From the NCBI GenBank assembly GCA_964016885.1, contig OZ024742.1, positions 235,290,001-235,354,000 of the forward strand: 64,000 nt of DNA, read 5' to 3'. This document shows positions 32,945 to 46,653 of the stretch, one piece after another. The number at the start of each line of letters is the position of its first letter. Position 1 is the stretch's first letter. Under the pieces are notes generated by a model, which made no database searches, was not told where the DNA came from, and worked only from the letters and a program-made list of their open reading frames with translations. The translations under genes and the position numbers were made by a program. This DNA comes from Eledone cirrhosa (lineage: Eukaryota).

Positions 32945-35900
32945 ACTGATTTGGGCTTGGTTTCTACCGCTGGATGCTCCTCTTGGCACTAACCTTATTT
33001 AAAGTGAGAATGGGTGCTTTTTGTCGTGACACCTACAAGACCACTTTACAGTGTGGACTGGGTGCTGTTTGTCGTGACACCTACACAACCACTTTACAGT
33101 GTGGGCTGGCCGCTTTTTTGCTGTGTCGCCATCACAACCACTTTATAGTGTCAGCTGGAGGCTTCAATTTGACTTCATGGGGGATGTATGGGGGTTGGTC
33201 GGGTGGTGCATACTATATATATGCTTCAGTTATGGCCTGTGTCCATGGGTATTCGGATCTTCTGCATAACACCAGAGATCTTGGTCCTGTTTTTATCACC
33301 TTTGAGAGGCACAATTTGGCGAGGTCAGCTTTTATCACCCTGTCCAAAGTCTCCTTGGTCTCCCCACTCCAAGGCTTCCATCGACTTTGAGTGCTCTGCA
33401 CCTTTTTATACAGCTGTCATCCTTCATATGCATCACATGTCCATACCAACGCAATCTCTCCTGCGCACTGCATCTGATTCCTCTTATGCCTAGTTTCTGT
33501 CTTGTATATTATTAGTTTCCATTCTTGTATATTACTATTACACATCCATCAGAGCATGCAAGCTTCATTTCTTTCCAATCTACATAAGTCTTCTGCACAC
33601 AGTGCCCAGGTTTCACTACTCTGCAACATTGCTGTTCATATGCATGCATCATACAGTCTGCCTTTCATTATGAGGGAAAAATCCTTTTGTAGCTAGCACT
33701 GGTAGTAGCTTCCTGAACTTCTTCCATTCCGTTCTTACTCTGGCTACTGTACTTTCAGAACACCCACCACTGCTAATTTGATCATCCAGGTAGCAGAAGC
33801 TACCTACTGTTTCTACCGAGCCTTCCCAGAAATTAATAGTGCTTCTTTCCTGTGGTCGTTTGCTGCTTACTGTCTCAGTGCAACAACTACATGTAAAGTC
33901 TAAATTCTGAGCTAAGCTTCTTGGGATCCTACTAGATCTCTTGTGTACACGTAGTTTGCATTTGCGGCAAAGGATGGAATTTCTACCTATACCTTTCCTA
34001 CATATTGAGCTAGGCCATTTCCCTGTGGGGATCAGGGTTCTGTTTTCTCTTCTACTTACTAGGAACTTACCTAGTCTTTGTCAGGTTGACTTTAAGATCC
34101 TTTGTTTCTAGACCCTGTTTCCATGTTTGGAATTTCTTCCCTAGTTCCACTATGAGTGTAAGATCATCTGTGTACAGAAGTTCCCATTGGCTGCCGGTCT
34201 TAAACTCCTCCGTTATAGCCTGTTGTATGATGATAAACAGAAGAAAGTTTGAACAGAGCCCTAGTGGACGCCCACCTGTACACTAAATTCCTTCGCTATA
34301 GTCATTGTTAATCCTAACTTTGCTGACTGCTCCCCTATACATGGCTTGTACAGCCTTCAGAAGCCACTCGTCTACTCCTAGTTTTCTAAGAGCCCACCAG
34401 ATTATAGCACGGGGCACTCTGTCAAAAGCTTTTTCCAGATCGACAAATGCCAGGTAGAACAGCTTACTTTTAGCTAGGTTCTTTTCCTGTAAGCGCCTCA
34501 CAAGGAAAAGAGCATCTGTGGTGCTTTTGCCTGGCACAAACATGAACCACATCTCATCTAGATTTACCCGGTTCCTAATCAGCTGTGCTATAACTCTTTC
34601 TGTTACTTTCATGACCTGGTCCATTAGCTTTATACCTCTATAGTTTCCTCTTTCTAGAGCATCTCCTTTACCCTTGTAGCAGTTGATAATGCTGCTGCTG
34701 TGCCAGTCATTCAATATGGCACCATCTAGTATTACATGTGGTTAAGGTGTGACCTACCAGCCCAGATGCTTTCACCATCCCAGCAACTATTTCTGATAGA
34801 CCAGCTGCTTTCCCAGTCTTCATATCCTTAGTCGCCTTACTACTTTGCTGCTGGGCCCTCAATGGCATCCACTTGGGATAGGGTCTCTTTCTCCCATGCA
34901 TTCTTCTCATTCAGTAATCTTTCATAATGGCTCTTCCACACAGCTTTCTTCTTAGCACATGTAAGGGCAAGTGCACCTTTATCATCCTGGACACACTTCT
35001 CATCAATGACATCGCAAATTTTTCTAATGCATTGCCTCGCAATCCTGCTTCTGGTCCTCTCACTGAAAAACATGCTTGAATTTTTTTATCATCTGCTTCC
35101 CTTCTTGCCAAGTATACTTGTTGTCTAGCTTCCCTCTTGGCCTCTATGTAGTGTACCCTGCTTCCCCTGTTCTTCCATTGTTTCCATGCTTGTCTCTTGG
35201 CCTTAATTGTCTCATCTACCTTATTGTTCCACCACCAGATCACTCTCGTTCTCCCTGTAGTCTTGCTCCATCCATAGATCTTGTCTGTCACCTTAAGTAG
35301 GTTATTTTTTAGGAACTCCCAGTGCTCTTCTACAGTGAATGTCTCTATTTGTTCCTCTTTACTGTCATAGGCATCAAGTAAAATATCTCTAAATCTGTTA
35401 CTTGCTGAGGGCTGTTGCAACTTCCAGATCTTTCTTCTACAGGTTGCCTTCCATTTCAAAGTTCATCTAGCTCTGACAACGAGGTCATTGACTACTGGGT
35501 TATGTTGGGAGGTACACACTCGCCAGAGTAGACATTCGTGTTTACAACCATCCATCTATCTCGTGCTCTGGTAAGGATAAAATCTATCTGACTAGAATAC
35601 TTCCTGGATGTATAGGTGATCAGGTGGTAGTCAGGTTTTTTGAAGTTTGTGTTACATATCGACAGGTCATTGGCATCGCAGAATTCTAGAAGCCAGTAAT
35701 CTTCTTCATTTCTTGTGGCAAGCCTGTGGCCTCCATGGACTCTGTAGAAGTGTTTCCCTACATGTCCATTAAAGTACCCTGCAATAAGTAGGAAGTCATT
35801 GTCATTCATTAGAGTAGTAGTGTGCATTAGGGACTCATAACACCTATCCTTGAGTTCACCTGACAGCCCAGATTGGGGTGCGTATGCAGATATAATTATG

Positions 35901-36027
35901 GTCATTGTTCTATTTAGAACTAGTCTGAGTTTAATGATTCTCGCATTCACTCTATTTACCTTATCTACCCATTTGTCAGCTAATAAGATACCTACTCCAC
36001 CCAGCCTGTTGGCATCTCCCACCCAGA
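32945..36027 (-). mobile_element. Degenerate RTE-clade LINE (many frameshifts)
   Basis: Fragments 35492..36022 (APE), 34911..35459 and 34283..34714 (RT) are homologous to ORF 43061..45919. Confidence 0.9.
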
Positions 36028-36231
36028 CAAATGAATAAATGTATTTTAGAAAGAGCTAGGAATTTAAGAAATTTGTAATTGTGAAAGTTTAGTACATCTA
36101 TTTCTGAAAATAACTGCTTTATAAAAGGAAAAGAGCTGACTATAAGATTGCACCAGGGGAACCATATTAGCATTGAGGTTTCCATTGCTGATGCAATTTG
36201 CTGGCTGCAACTCCTGGCAGAAGCATCACCG

Positions 36232-36297
36232 CTATATATACATACATATATATGTATATACATACACATATGCATACCTACACCCCCACACACATAC

Positions 36298-36328
<31 letters not shown>

Positions 36329-36345
36329 TATATATATACACACAC

Positions 36346-36391
<46 letters not shown>

Positions 36392-36765
36392 TATACATAT
36401 ATACACACAAACAATATATATATGCACACACACATATATATATATATACACACATATATATATATATACACACACACACAATATGTATATATATATACAC
36501 ACATATATATATATATACACACACACACATATATATATACACACACATATATATACACACACACATACATATATATATATATACACACATACACATACAT
36601 ATACACACATATATATACACATACATATATATATATATACATATACATATATACACATACATATATATATATATACATATACATTTACATACATATACAC
36701 ATATACATACATATACATATATATACACACACACACATATATATATATACACATACATATATATA
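36232..36765. repeat. Compound (TA)n/(CA)n microsatellite
   Basis: Direct reading. Confidence 0.95.
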
Positions 36766-36988
36766 TCATCATCATCATACGTCCACTTTTCCTTGCTTGC
36801 AAAGGTGGGACGGATCCTCTTCAGCACAGTATCTCTCCATTTGTCATGGTTCTTCGACATCCCCTCTGTGAGCTTCAGTAATCTGTGGTCAGCTCTCACC
36901 ACCTCCGCCCATGTTTTTCATGGTCTTCCTCTACTGGGATTACTTGGCACTTCTTCACCCAGCGGTCAGCTTCCATGCGCATCACAAC
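36766..36988 (-). mobile_element. Short RTE-like 3' fragment with (GAT)n tail
   Basis: [13 protein letters not shown]-like translation; tail shared with the SINE/RTE 3' end. Confidence 0.6.
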
Positions 36989-37071
36989 GTATGTATATAT
37001 ATATATATATATAGTTTTAATATAGATGGTTTCATTCTTTAGAAATCATCAGGAATATAACCATAGTGGCC

Positions 37072-37118
37072 ATTCCTGATGATTTCTAAAGAATGAAACA
37101 GTTCTAGTCCTGTAGAAT
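37072..37118 (+). ncRNA. Type I hammerhead ribozyme motif
   Basis: ATTC-CTGATGA-[T TTC TAAA GAA T]-GAAAC-AG..CT-GTA^GAAT. Helix I ATTC/GAAT; helix III ACAG/CTGT; helix II weak (no G-C closing pair). Confidence 0.65.
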
Positions 37119-37205
37119 CTCATCTATATTAAAACTTTTATACTCTGCAATGTATTGAGTACCTTACTTACTGTGGTTACCTCCGATTTAACCCGGAATA
37201 ACGTA

Positions 37206-37239
<34 letters not shown>

Positions 37240-37242
<3 letters not shown>

Positions 37243-38131
37243 GGTGTGGACGATATTTGTTTGCAATTTTCAACTGCTTATTTTATGCAAATTTTTTTTA
37301 CTTCTGTTGTCACTCTTGTCTTCATAAAAACAGTGACTATATTTCCATTATTTATTTTCCGAATAATTGATTATGAATAATTTTGAACCTCCAATTTGTG
37401 GAAGAGACACGGAGTTCTTCTTGGAATACGCGCCGGGAGGACAAATAAGGACCAGAAGATCAACTCTCAGAACAACAGGTGGCTCGCTGTCTCATCCAAA
37501 GATGTGCCCAGAGACATGCAGACAAAGTTTCCAGTGACAACATTGGTCTTAGGTGTCGTCAGCAGTCAAGGTGACATCATGCAACCTCACTTCTTCCCTG
37601 AGGGCCTCAAGCTGAACACCGATGGCTACATCTGCATTCTGAGCGAGGTAGTAAAGCACTGGACCAACCAGGTAGCTGCAGGTAGGCCGTACGTGTGGCA
37701 GCAAGACTCAGCACCCTGCCATACCAGCCAAAAGACCCAAGCCTGGCTGTCAGAGAACTTTTTCGACCACACTTCACCTGACATTTGGCCTCCCAACTCG
37801 CCTGACTGCAACCCCCTCGACTTCTTTGTGTGGGGCGCAGTGCAATGAGACACCAACAGATCTAGCTGCAATACGAAAGACGATCTGAAGGCCAGGATCA
37901 CAAGTGCCTTTAGGGGCCTAAGTCGGTGGACAGTGACGAAGGCCTGTAGCCGGTTCCAAGGCCACCTTCAGGCTGTCATCAAAGCCAATGGCGGGTTTAT
38001 CGAGTGAGATCAAAAGAACAAGTTATGAAGACAAACTGACCCGAGTTTGATAAATATATCTTAAAAAATAAAACTACTGTGTTATTTTTTCCTAGACAGT
38101 AATCTTGCGAACAAATATTGTCTGCACCCTG
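37240..38131 (+). mobile_element. Tc1/mariner DD37D (maT-type) element, internally deleted
   Basis: TIRs CAGGGTGTGGACGATATTTGTTTGCAA / TTGCGAACAAATATTGTCTGCACCCTG in (TA)n; QQD-37 aa-D (WPPNSPDCNPLD). Confidence 0.9.
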
Positions 38132-38162
<31 letters not shown>

Positions 38163-38664
38163 AAATACATATATACACACATACATATAAAAATACATAT
38201 ATACACACATACATATACATATATATATATATATACACACACATACATATACATACACATATGTAAACTTACATATACATATATATATATACACATATAT
38301 AAACACACATACATATACATATGTATTGTTTCTACTTTTTGGCACAAGGCCAGCAATTACCCAGTACATTACTGGCACTTTATTTTATCGACCCCGTAAG
38401 GATGAAAGGCAAAGTTATGTTTACATATGTGTATGTATATGTATGTGTATATATATATATGTATGTATATGTGTTAACATATATATATATATATATATAT
38501 ACACATACATATACATACACATATGTAAACATACATATACATATATAAACACACATACATATACATATATATATATATACACACATACATATACATACAC
38601 ATATGTAAACATACATATACATATATATACACATATATAAACACACATACATATACATATATAT

Positions 38665-38709
<45 letters not shown>

Positions 38710-38721
38710 CATATGTACATT

Positions 38722-38753
<32 letters not shown>

Positions 38754-38771
38754 CATATAAATATATATATA

Positions 38772-39993
38772 CAAGGTGACTCAAAATTTCTGTTACATAT
38801 TTTGAAGTTCTTGTTTAACATTAAAAAAATGGCAATTTTATTCTTAAAGATTTTTTTGTCTTCTTTCAGGTTCTGGACTCATCTTTAATCTAAGAGATAT
38901 AGTTTTGTCCAAAATTAGAATGGAATGTGAACAATCTACTGTAGTTGAGCTACATCAAGCTGGTAAGTCACTACCAGAAATTTTGAATCTTCTCAATTGG
39001 CTGAAAACGAAGCAAATGTTCATCTATCGAGCCATCAATCAATTCAGGAACACTGGATGAGTTCAAGATCCAGCAAGAACAGGACATCCATGGTCAGTCA
39101 TGACTTCCAAGCTGAAGAAAATCATCAGTTCCAAACTTCACAGAAATCCAAGGTGCTCCCTGAGAAAGATGGCTGTTGAGCTGGGAGTTTCAAGAGAAAC
39201 TTTTAGGCGAGTTATCAAAAGCGACTTGAGACTTGCTTCATTGAAACGGCAAAAAGTTCACAGCCTAACAACTTCTTCAAAGGGAAAGTGACTCATAAGA
39301 AGTTGTGCTCTGCTTGAGAGGCTCAATACTCGACAATGTGCTCTTCATAGATGAGAAGTTGTTTACTGTTGAAGAAGCTCATAACAGCCAAAACATTAAG
39401 TTATGTCCAGAGGATGCCAGAAATATACACTGCACTCAAAAACCCTTATCTTGTTTTTGTTCCTGAAGGAGTCAAAATCAAGGCTGCAAGCTATGAAGAA
39501 CTTATTCTTGAGCCTGTGGTGAAACATTTGAGCCAAGAATTGTTCAACGGTGGTCCCTTTCTCTTCCAGCAGGATGGAGCACCTGCCCTAACTGCCAACA
39601 GGACTCAAAGGTGGCTTTGCGACAATGTCCCACATTTCTTGTCCAAGGATGAATGGCCTGCTTCAAACTCAGACCTCAGCCCAATGGACTTTAACATTTG
39701 GTCCATCTTGGAGACCAATGCTTGTGCTAAATCTCATCATTCAGTAGCAGCTTAGAAGAGGTCTCTGCAGTGTAAATGGGATAAAATACCACTAGAAGTC
39801 TTGCATGCTGCTGTTGAAGCAGTGCCTAGTAGACTTAAGGCTCTATTAAAGAAACGAGGTGGATTTATTGAATATTTTTTTTGCTATAACATTGCTGAAA
39901 ATGTTAAAAGCTAGTATGCAAGTTTTTAAGTAAATTGGTTCAGTTTTGGCTAAATACATTGTTTAACTTTTGTAACAGAACTTTTGGGTCACT
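38772..39993 (+). mobile_element. Second, distinct Tc1/mariner DD37D element, degenerate
   Basis: TIRs CAAGGTGACTCAAAATTTCTGTTACA / TGTAACAGAACTTTTGGGTCAC; HTH SLRKMAVELGVSRET; QQDGAP-37-D (SDLSPMD). Confidence 0.88.
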
Positions 39994-42900
39994 ATACACA
40001 CACACGCACACACGTACATATATATATATGTACAATTAATGTTCCTGAAGATTATTAAAAGAATTTAAGAAAGCCAAAATAATGAATGATACATCTAAAT
40101 TTTAAAAATATTAATTTTTACATTTTTACTTTCTTGCAACTTTTTTGATAATATTTATATGAATGTAGACATTTACTTGTGTATACATAAAGTTAGAGAA
40201 GCAGAATTAGAGAGAGAGAGAGACAGAGATTGAGAAGTGTGTAAGAGAGGAAGAGAAAAAGACAACTAAATCCTATTAGAATATTTAAAGATGAAAATTC
40301 AATAGTAAACTGTACGAAAACTATGTTTTTGAAATGAATTCAAACTAGACTTGTCTGCAAAAATTGATAGTTTTCTAAGTTAATGATACTGAAGAAATGA
40401 ATCTCTTTAAATATTCACTAATAGACAAATGAATAAATGTATGGTTTTATTTTTAGAAAGAGCTAGGTATTTAAGAAATTTGTAATTGTGAAAGTTTAGT
40501 ACATCTATTTGTGAAAATAACTGCTTTATAAAAGGAAAAGAGCTGACCATAAGATTGTGGTTTCCCATTGCTGATACAATTTGCTGGCTGCAACTCCTGG
40601 CAGAAGCATCACTGCTATTCTGGTGATAAGAGGTGGGATCTGAACTCAGAATGAACACAGGCAGAACGAATATTGTAAAGCATCCCATTTGATTCTTCAA
40701 CGATTCTGCCAATCCACTGCCCCTGTACTAGTACTTTATTTATCAACCACGAAAAGATGAAAGGCAATGTTGACCGTGGCGGGATTTGAACACTGGGTGC
40801 AGATTGCCGGAACAAATGCTGAGGCATTTAATCTGGTGTCATAACAATTCAGTCAATTTGCCGCCTATGCTATATATAATGGTTAAAAGAAGCTAAAATC
40901 ATTTTACATTCTATGAATTTCTATAAATTTTGAAGAGACTATGTATACATTTTCTGCAATATTTTGTAATTTTAAAGTATGTTAACATTAAAAGAAGAAA
41001 ATCTTTTACAAGTTGTTTCAACTAAAATTTACTTTGATTTTACTTTGATTTCTTAATTAATTACAACAGAAAAATATTTTATAAATGTTATCAATTATGA
41101 TACACAGTCATTTTCACCTGTTTGCCTGGATTACACACTACAATTATTCATGACTGCTATTACTTGTAACTGTACAATTTGAAGATCCAAGCTTTGCCTT
41201 CTTTGGAATAGTAAATGTTGACATTCTCAATTTTAGTGTACAGGGAATATATTTCAGCTGATGAAGGCATTTGTACCCTTACTCATATGCTACATTTATA
41301 AATACCTGAAGGGCATATTTTGATTTAATTCATGTTAGAATTTTACTGTCTGTCAAAAGGCTTACAGAATATATGTCTACAGATAACAAGTAAACAACAT
41401 TTGAACATAAATATGTAAATTATCTAGATTTTCTGCCTTACAAAAACCTTGACCAAATTTTTTTTAAAAAACATATGTATGTCCACACTTACAAAATTTC
41501 ATAGAAGCTTTTTTTCTTCTTGAATTTATATACTGATCACTATGATTTTATCCATCGTGCAATTCAAAAACTTTAATATATTGTCATAAACATAGAAGGG
41601 GATTGAGGGTGCAAAAGCATAAACATTTCATAGGTTTATTGAAACACACTAGGACCATTTCAAAAACACGGACATTGCAGGATCAATAAACATTTGCTCC
41701 ATAAGACTGTGGGTGGGCTATTGACAATATAATAACAAGAAGAGCAATAGATAGACAAGAGCATTGGTAAAATAGAAAAAAAAATGTTTATCATAAATGC
41801 TTAAGACATTGAAAACATAAAAAGCATCGTTTTTAATGCCTTGGCATTTTAATGCCTTGGGACAAAAAACTGTACCAAATAAATCATAAGGGTCTAAGAA
41901 CAATATTTTTTAAATACATGAAGCTATTGAGCCTATAACAATAGCTATAGATTAAATGTATTGGGGTATTTCAAGTGCAATATTCAGTATCTTGACCATA
42001 TCAAGTCATTGATAACAGAATACAGGACTGGTTTAAGTGTTTTAAAGTGCAGTTGGCACAATAAAATATATTTGTTTAGATAACTATTGTTTTAATAATG
42101 GCTGAAAGTAAAACAAGCTCTCTTAAATACACTGTGGCATTGATTAATTATGCATACTGCATCAAGTATGATAAAATATTTGGAGATCAGTACTGTTCTA
42201 AATACAGTCAGATAGGCAAACAGATCAAGTGCCTCAGATAAATTGCAGGAATAACAACTGGACTGCCAAGAATACTGGGGCACTAAGAGTACAATACTAA
42301 TAGGGGTCAGTATCAAACAAATTGTGACAGTGGAACAACAATAGTAGGTTATCTCAAGATCCATGGTACACTGAATGAACAGAAACAGGTTAATCTTAAA
42401 GATATGACAGTAAGAACAATTCAGTAAAAGAGCTATCTGAAAGAACAGTGAATGTAGAGTGTTGTGGTACCAAATACAGATCCATTTTTCAATACACTTT
42501 GATATGTGTCACAAATGAACCAAGACATTAAGAGTCCAATAGTCATATGCATTGAGGGAACAAGAAAAGATCCATCTTAAATGTACTAGGGCAGTGAGAA
42601 TAGAATAGAAATCCTGTCTCTATGATACTGGGATATTGATTGAACAGGTTTGTCTTAAAAAAACAACAACACTTAAAATACTTAACTAATGAAACTAAAA
42701 TAAATAGTATTGAGTATTTGTGCATTTTTAGCGTTCCATAGGACATAGTGAGATCTCATATCATGTTTTGGGGGTAATCTAGAAAGAAAAAAAAAAAATC
42801 AGTTTTAAAAATTATCTACAAATTTGTAGCAATATAAAAGATTTTGTTTAAAAAAAAAGTTTGTTGTCCAACAAATTTGAAAACTGTTGGTTCAATAAGA

Positions 42901-43039
42901 CACAGAAAACTAAAATAGAAAAGAAGAAATTTGTATAAAAATTGAAAATCAGTTTTTAAACCATTGATACCGATATATATAAACACACACACACACACAT
43001 ATATATATATGCACACACACATGTATATATATATATATA

Positions 43040-46000
43040 CGAGAATGCGAGCACTCCTCTTTGTTTCGTCCGCGGATGGCTAACATAACCCTATCTCCTC
43101 CCGCCCCCCACCACCCCCACCCTCCAAACGCAACCCAAAACTTCAGAGTTGGTACCATAAATGTAGGCACCCTAAAGGGTCGCGCTAACGAGGTTGTAGA
43201 AATGCTTGAACGTAAGGAGGTCGATGTTTGTTGTATTCAAGAGACCAGGTGGAGGGGTGGGTCTGCTAGATTCATTGAGGGTAAAAAACGATGTTATAAG
43301 CTTTTCTGGGTGGGAAACGACGATGGGCTGGGTGGAGTAGGAATCATGGTAGCAGAAAAGTGGGCAGATAAGATAATAGACGTAAATAGAGTGAACGACA
43401 GAATAATTAAAATAAGACTTGTCCTCAATAGAACTACGGTGACAGTAATATCTGCGTACGCACCCCAATCCGAACTGCCCGGCACTATAAAAGACAGATT
43501 CTATGAGACACTGTTGCTAACTACCTCCCAAATATCTGACAGTGACTATATAATTATTGCAGGCGACCTAAATGGTCACGTTGGACAACATTGTGACGAC
43601 TATGACGAAATCCATGGAGGCTATGGGTTTGGTACTAGAAATGAGGAAGGCTCCAGAATTCTGGAATACTGTGATGCAAATAACCTAACTATCTGTAACA
43701 CTAACTTCAAAAAACGTGACAATCACCTGATTACCTATAGATCCGGGGAACACACAAGCCAGGTAGATTATATCCTTACCAGAAGACGTGACAGAGTGTC
43801 TGTTGTAAACACTAAATCCCTCCCCCATGAAGAATGCACCTCCCAACATAGACTGATAATTAGCGACCTCATAGTCAGGACGAGACGCACCCGACAGCAG
43901 AAGAGGACTATCCTCAGGAGGAAAATATGGAAACTAAAGGACCCCACAGCCAGAAATAAATTTCAAAGCATATTACTTGATGCTTTCGACAGTAAGGAAG
44001 AGCATCTAGAATCGGACAATATAGAGGGACAGTGGAAATTTCTGAAAGCAAACCTGCTGTTGGCGACAGACGAAGTCTGTGGCTGGAGCAGGCCTGTAGG
44101 CAGGAGGAGAGTAACATGGTGGTGGAACAATAGGGTGGAGGGGTCAATTAAGGCCAAAAAGCAGGCTTGGAAAGTATGGCGGGATGGGGGAAGTAGAGTA
44201 GACTATCAAGTGGCCAGGAGGGAAGCTAGGAGAGAAGTGTACTTAGCAAGAAGGGAAGCTGAGGAAAGAAAGTTCAAGCATGTTCTACAACGCGATGACC
44301 AAAAACGTGAGGTGTTCAGGATTGCCAGGCAATGCGTCAAGGAAAACCGTGATATTGTCGGGGAGAAGTGTGTACTTAACGATGATGGCATACTTGCCAT
44401 CACCGACACTGATAAGAAGGTAGCTTGGAAGTGTCACTATGAAAGGCTACTAAATGAGGAGAATAAATGGGAGAAAGACAGTCTCCCCCTTATCGACCCG
44501 ATAGAGGGACCAGCAGTGTTAGTCGAGGGGAGTATAATAAGTAAGGCAATCAAGGATATGAAGACTGGTAAGGCGGCTGGGCCTTCGGAAATAGTTGCTG
44601 AGATGCTGAAGGCATCTGGCACGGTGGGACACACCATGGTCACCCGCATAGTTAACCAAGTCGTACAGAATGGGGTTGTTCCGAAGGACTGGCATAGCAG
44701 CATCATCGTTAACTGTTATAAGGGTAAAGGAGACGCCCTAGATAGGAGTAACTATAGAGGCATTAAATTAATCGACCAGGTCATGAAGGTCACGGAAAAA
44801 GTAATAGCGCAACTAATCAGAGAGAGAATTGATCTAGATGAAATGCAGTTCGGGTTTGTGTCAGGCAAAAGCACCACAGACGCTCTTTTCATAGTACGAC
44901 AACTACAGGAGAAGTACCTAGCTAAAGGTAAACCCCTCTACTTAGCTTTTGTCGACCTGGAGAAAGCCTTCGACAGAGTCCCCCGCTCCATTATCTGGTG
45001 GGCTCTTAGAAAACTAGGCGTTGACGAATGGCTTGTGAGGGCTATACAAGCCATGTATAAAGAAACAGTCAGCAAGGTTAGAATTAACAACGAATATAGT
45101 GAAGAGTTTAGCGTAAAAGTTGGCGTCCATCAGGGCTCTGTTCTCAGCCCACTACTATTTATTATTGCCCTTCAGGCTATAACAGAGGAGTTCAAGACAG
45201 GCTGCCCATGGGAACTCCTATACGCAGACGACCTGACACTCATAGCGGAATCAATGGCCGAGCTAGAGAAGAAATTCCAAACATGGAAGCACGGCCTAGA
45301 GTCAAAAGGACTTAAAATTAACCTGGCTAAGACCAAAGTTCTAGTTTGTAGGAAAGAAAACAAGGCGGCGGTCCCTTCTGGGAAATGGTCGTGCTCGGTA
45401 TGTAGGAAAGGCGTAGGTAGAAACTCCATCTTATGTCCTAAATGCAAAGTATGGGTGCATAAAAGATGTAGTGGGATCACAGGTAAGCTAACTAAGAACA
45501 TAGACTTTACATGTGGCCGGTGTTCTGGTGCAATAAGTAGCAGCAAGTGCCCACAAAATACTAGCTCTTTCAATTGCGCAGAGGGTTCTATAGAAATAGT
45601 GGACAGCTTCCGTTACCTGGGCGATAAAATCAGCAGCGGGGGAGGGTGCTCTGAAAGTACTGTAGCTAGAGTCAGAACTGGTTGGAAAAAGTTCAGAGAG
45701 CTTATACCACTATTAGCTGCTAAAGGGTTCTCCCTAAAAATGAAAGGCAGGTTGTACGATGCCTGCATACGAACAGCAATGTTGCATGGTAGTGAGACCT
45801 GGGCATTGTGTGCAGAGGATATACGCAGACTAGAGAGGAACGAAGCTTGCATGCTCCGCTGGATGTGTAACAGTAATATACGTGAACGGCAAAGCATAAA
45901 CGAACTAAGAAAAAATTAGAGATAAGAGGGATCAGAGGTTGTTTACTCGAGAGAAGGCTGCGTTGGTATGGACACGTGATGCGCATGAAAGTCGATAGCT

Positions 46001-46543
46001 GTATTACAAAGTGCAGGGCAATAAAGATAGACGGTAGCCACGGAATAGGCAGACCTAGAAAAACCTGGGATGAGCTGATAAACTCCGACCTCACACACTT
46101 ACACCTCTCCAAGACAATGTCACTGGACCGTGACCTTTGGCGGTACTCAGTAACAGAGAAGACCCGCCTTGCCAGTAGGCATCTCTAACAAAATACACCC
46201 CTCCCGCCGCCACCCCCACCCCATCCACACCACCCCGTTCTATGTAAAGTTATGTTGGTGCCGCGCCATCCAGGCCGAAACAAATGAGATCGTGTAGGTG
46301 TCACGACAAAAAAACACACAGTCCACGCTGTAATGTGGCCGTGTAGGCAACACGGTAAAAACCTCCCAGACCCACACTGTAAATGTGGTTGGTGTTAGGA
46401 AGGGCATCCAACTGTAGAAAACCTGCCAGACAGTCCTATGCGAGCAAGACAATCACTCTTGCCTCAAGTGGGACTACCCCCGTCCAAACCCATGCAAGCG
46501 TGGAACACGGACGTTAAACGTTGATGATGATGATGATGATGAT
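43040..46543 (+). mobile_element. Near-full-length RTE-clade LINE with (GAT)n tail
   Basis: Single long ORF; 3' UTR ending CGGACGTTAAACGTT(GAT)n. Confidence 0.92.
43076..46188 (+). CDS. RTE ORF: APE, RT, PHD-like finger, C-terminal domain; 1-bp frameshift at about 45910-45915
   Basis: GTINVGTL, IQETRW, SAYAPQ, GDLNGHVG, VDYIL; [25 protein letters not shown]; LRWYGHV and GRPRKTW in the shifted frame; the copy at about 48690 shows the intact frame. Confidence 0.9.
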
Positions 46544-46618
46544 ACATACACACTCATCATCATAATCATCGTCATCATTTTACGTCCGCTTTTCCCTGCT
46601 TGCAAGGGTGGGACACAC

Positions 46619-46653
<35 letters not shown>

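Noticed and set aside
41268-41320. Additional hammerhead at CTGATGAAGGCA
   Set aside because: No properly placed GAAA or helix I/III pairing.
40870-42950. Host exons in the AT-rich unique stretch
   Set aside because: Only short ORFs with no recognisable motifs; cannot be supported without transcript data.
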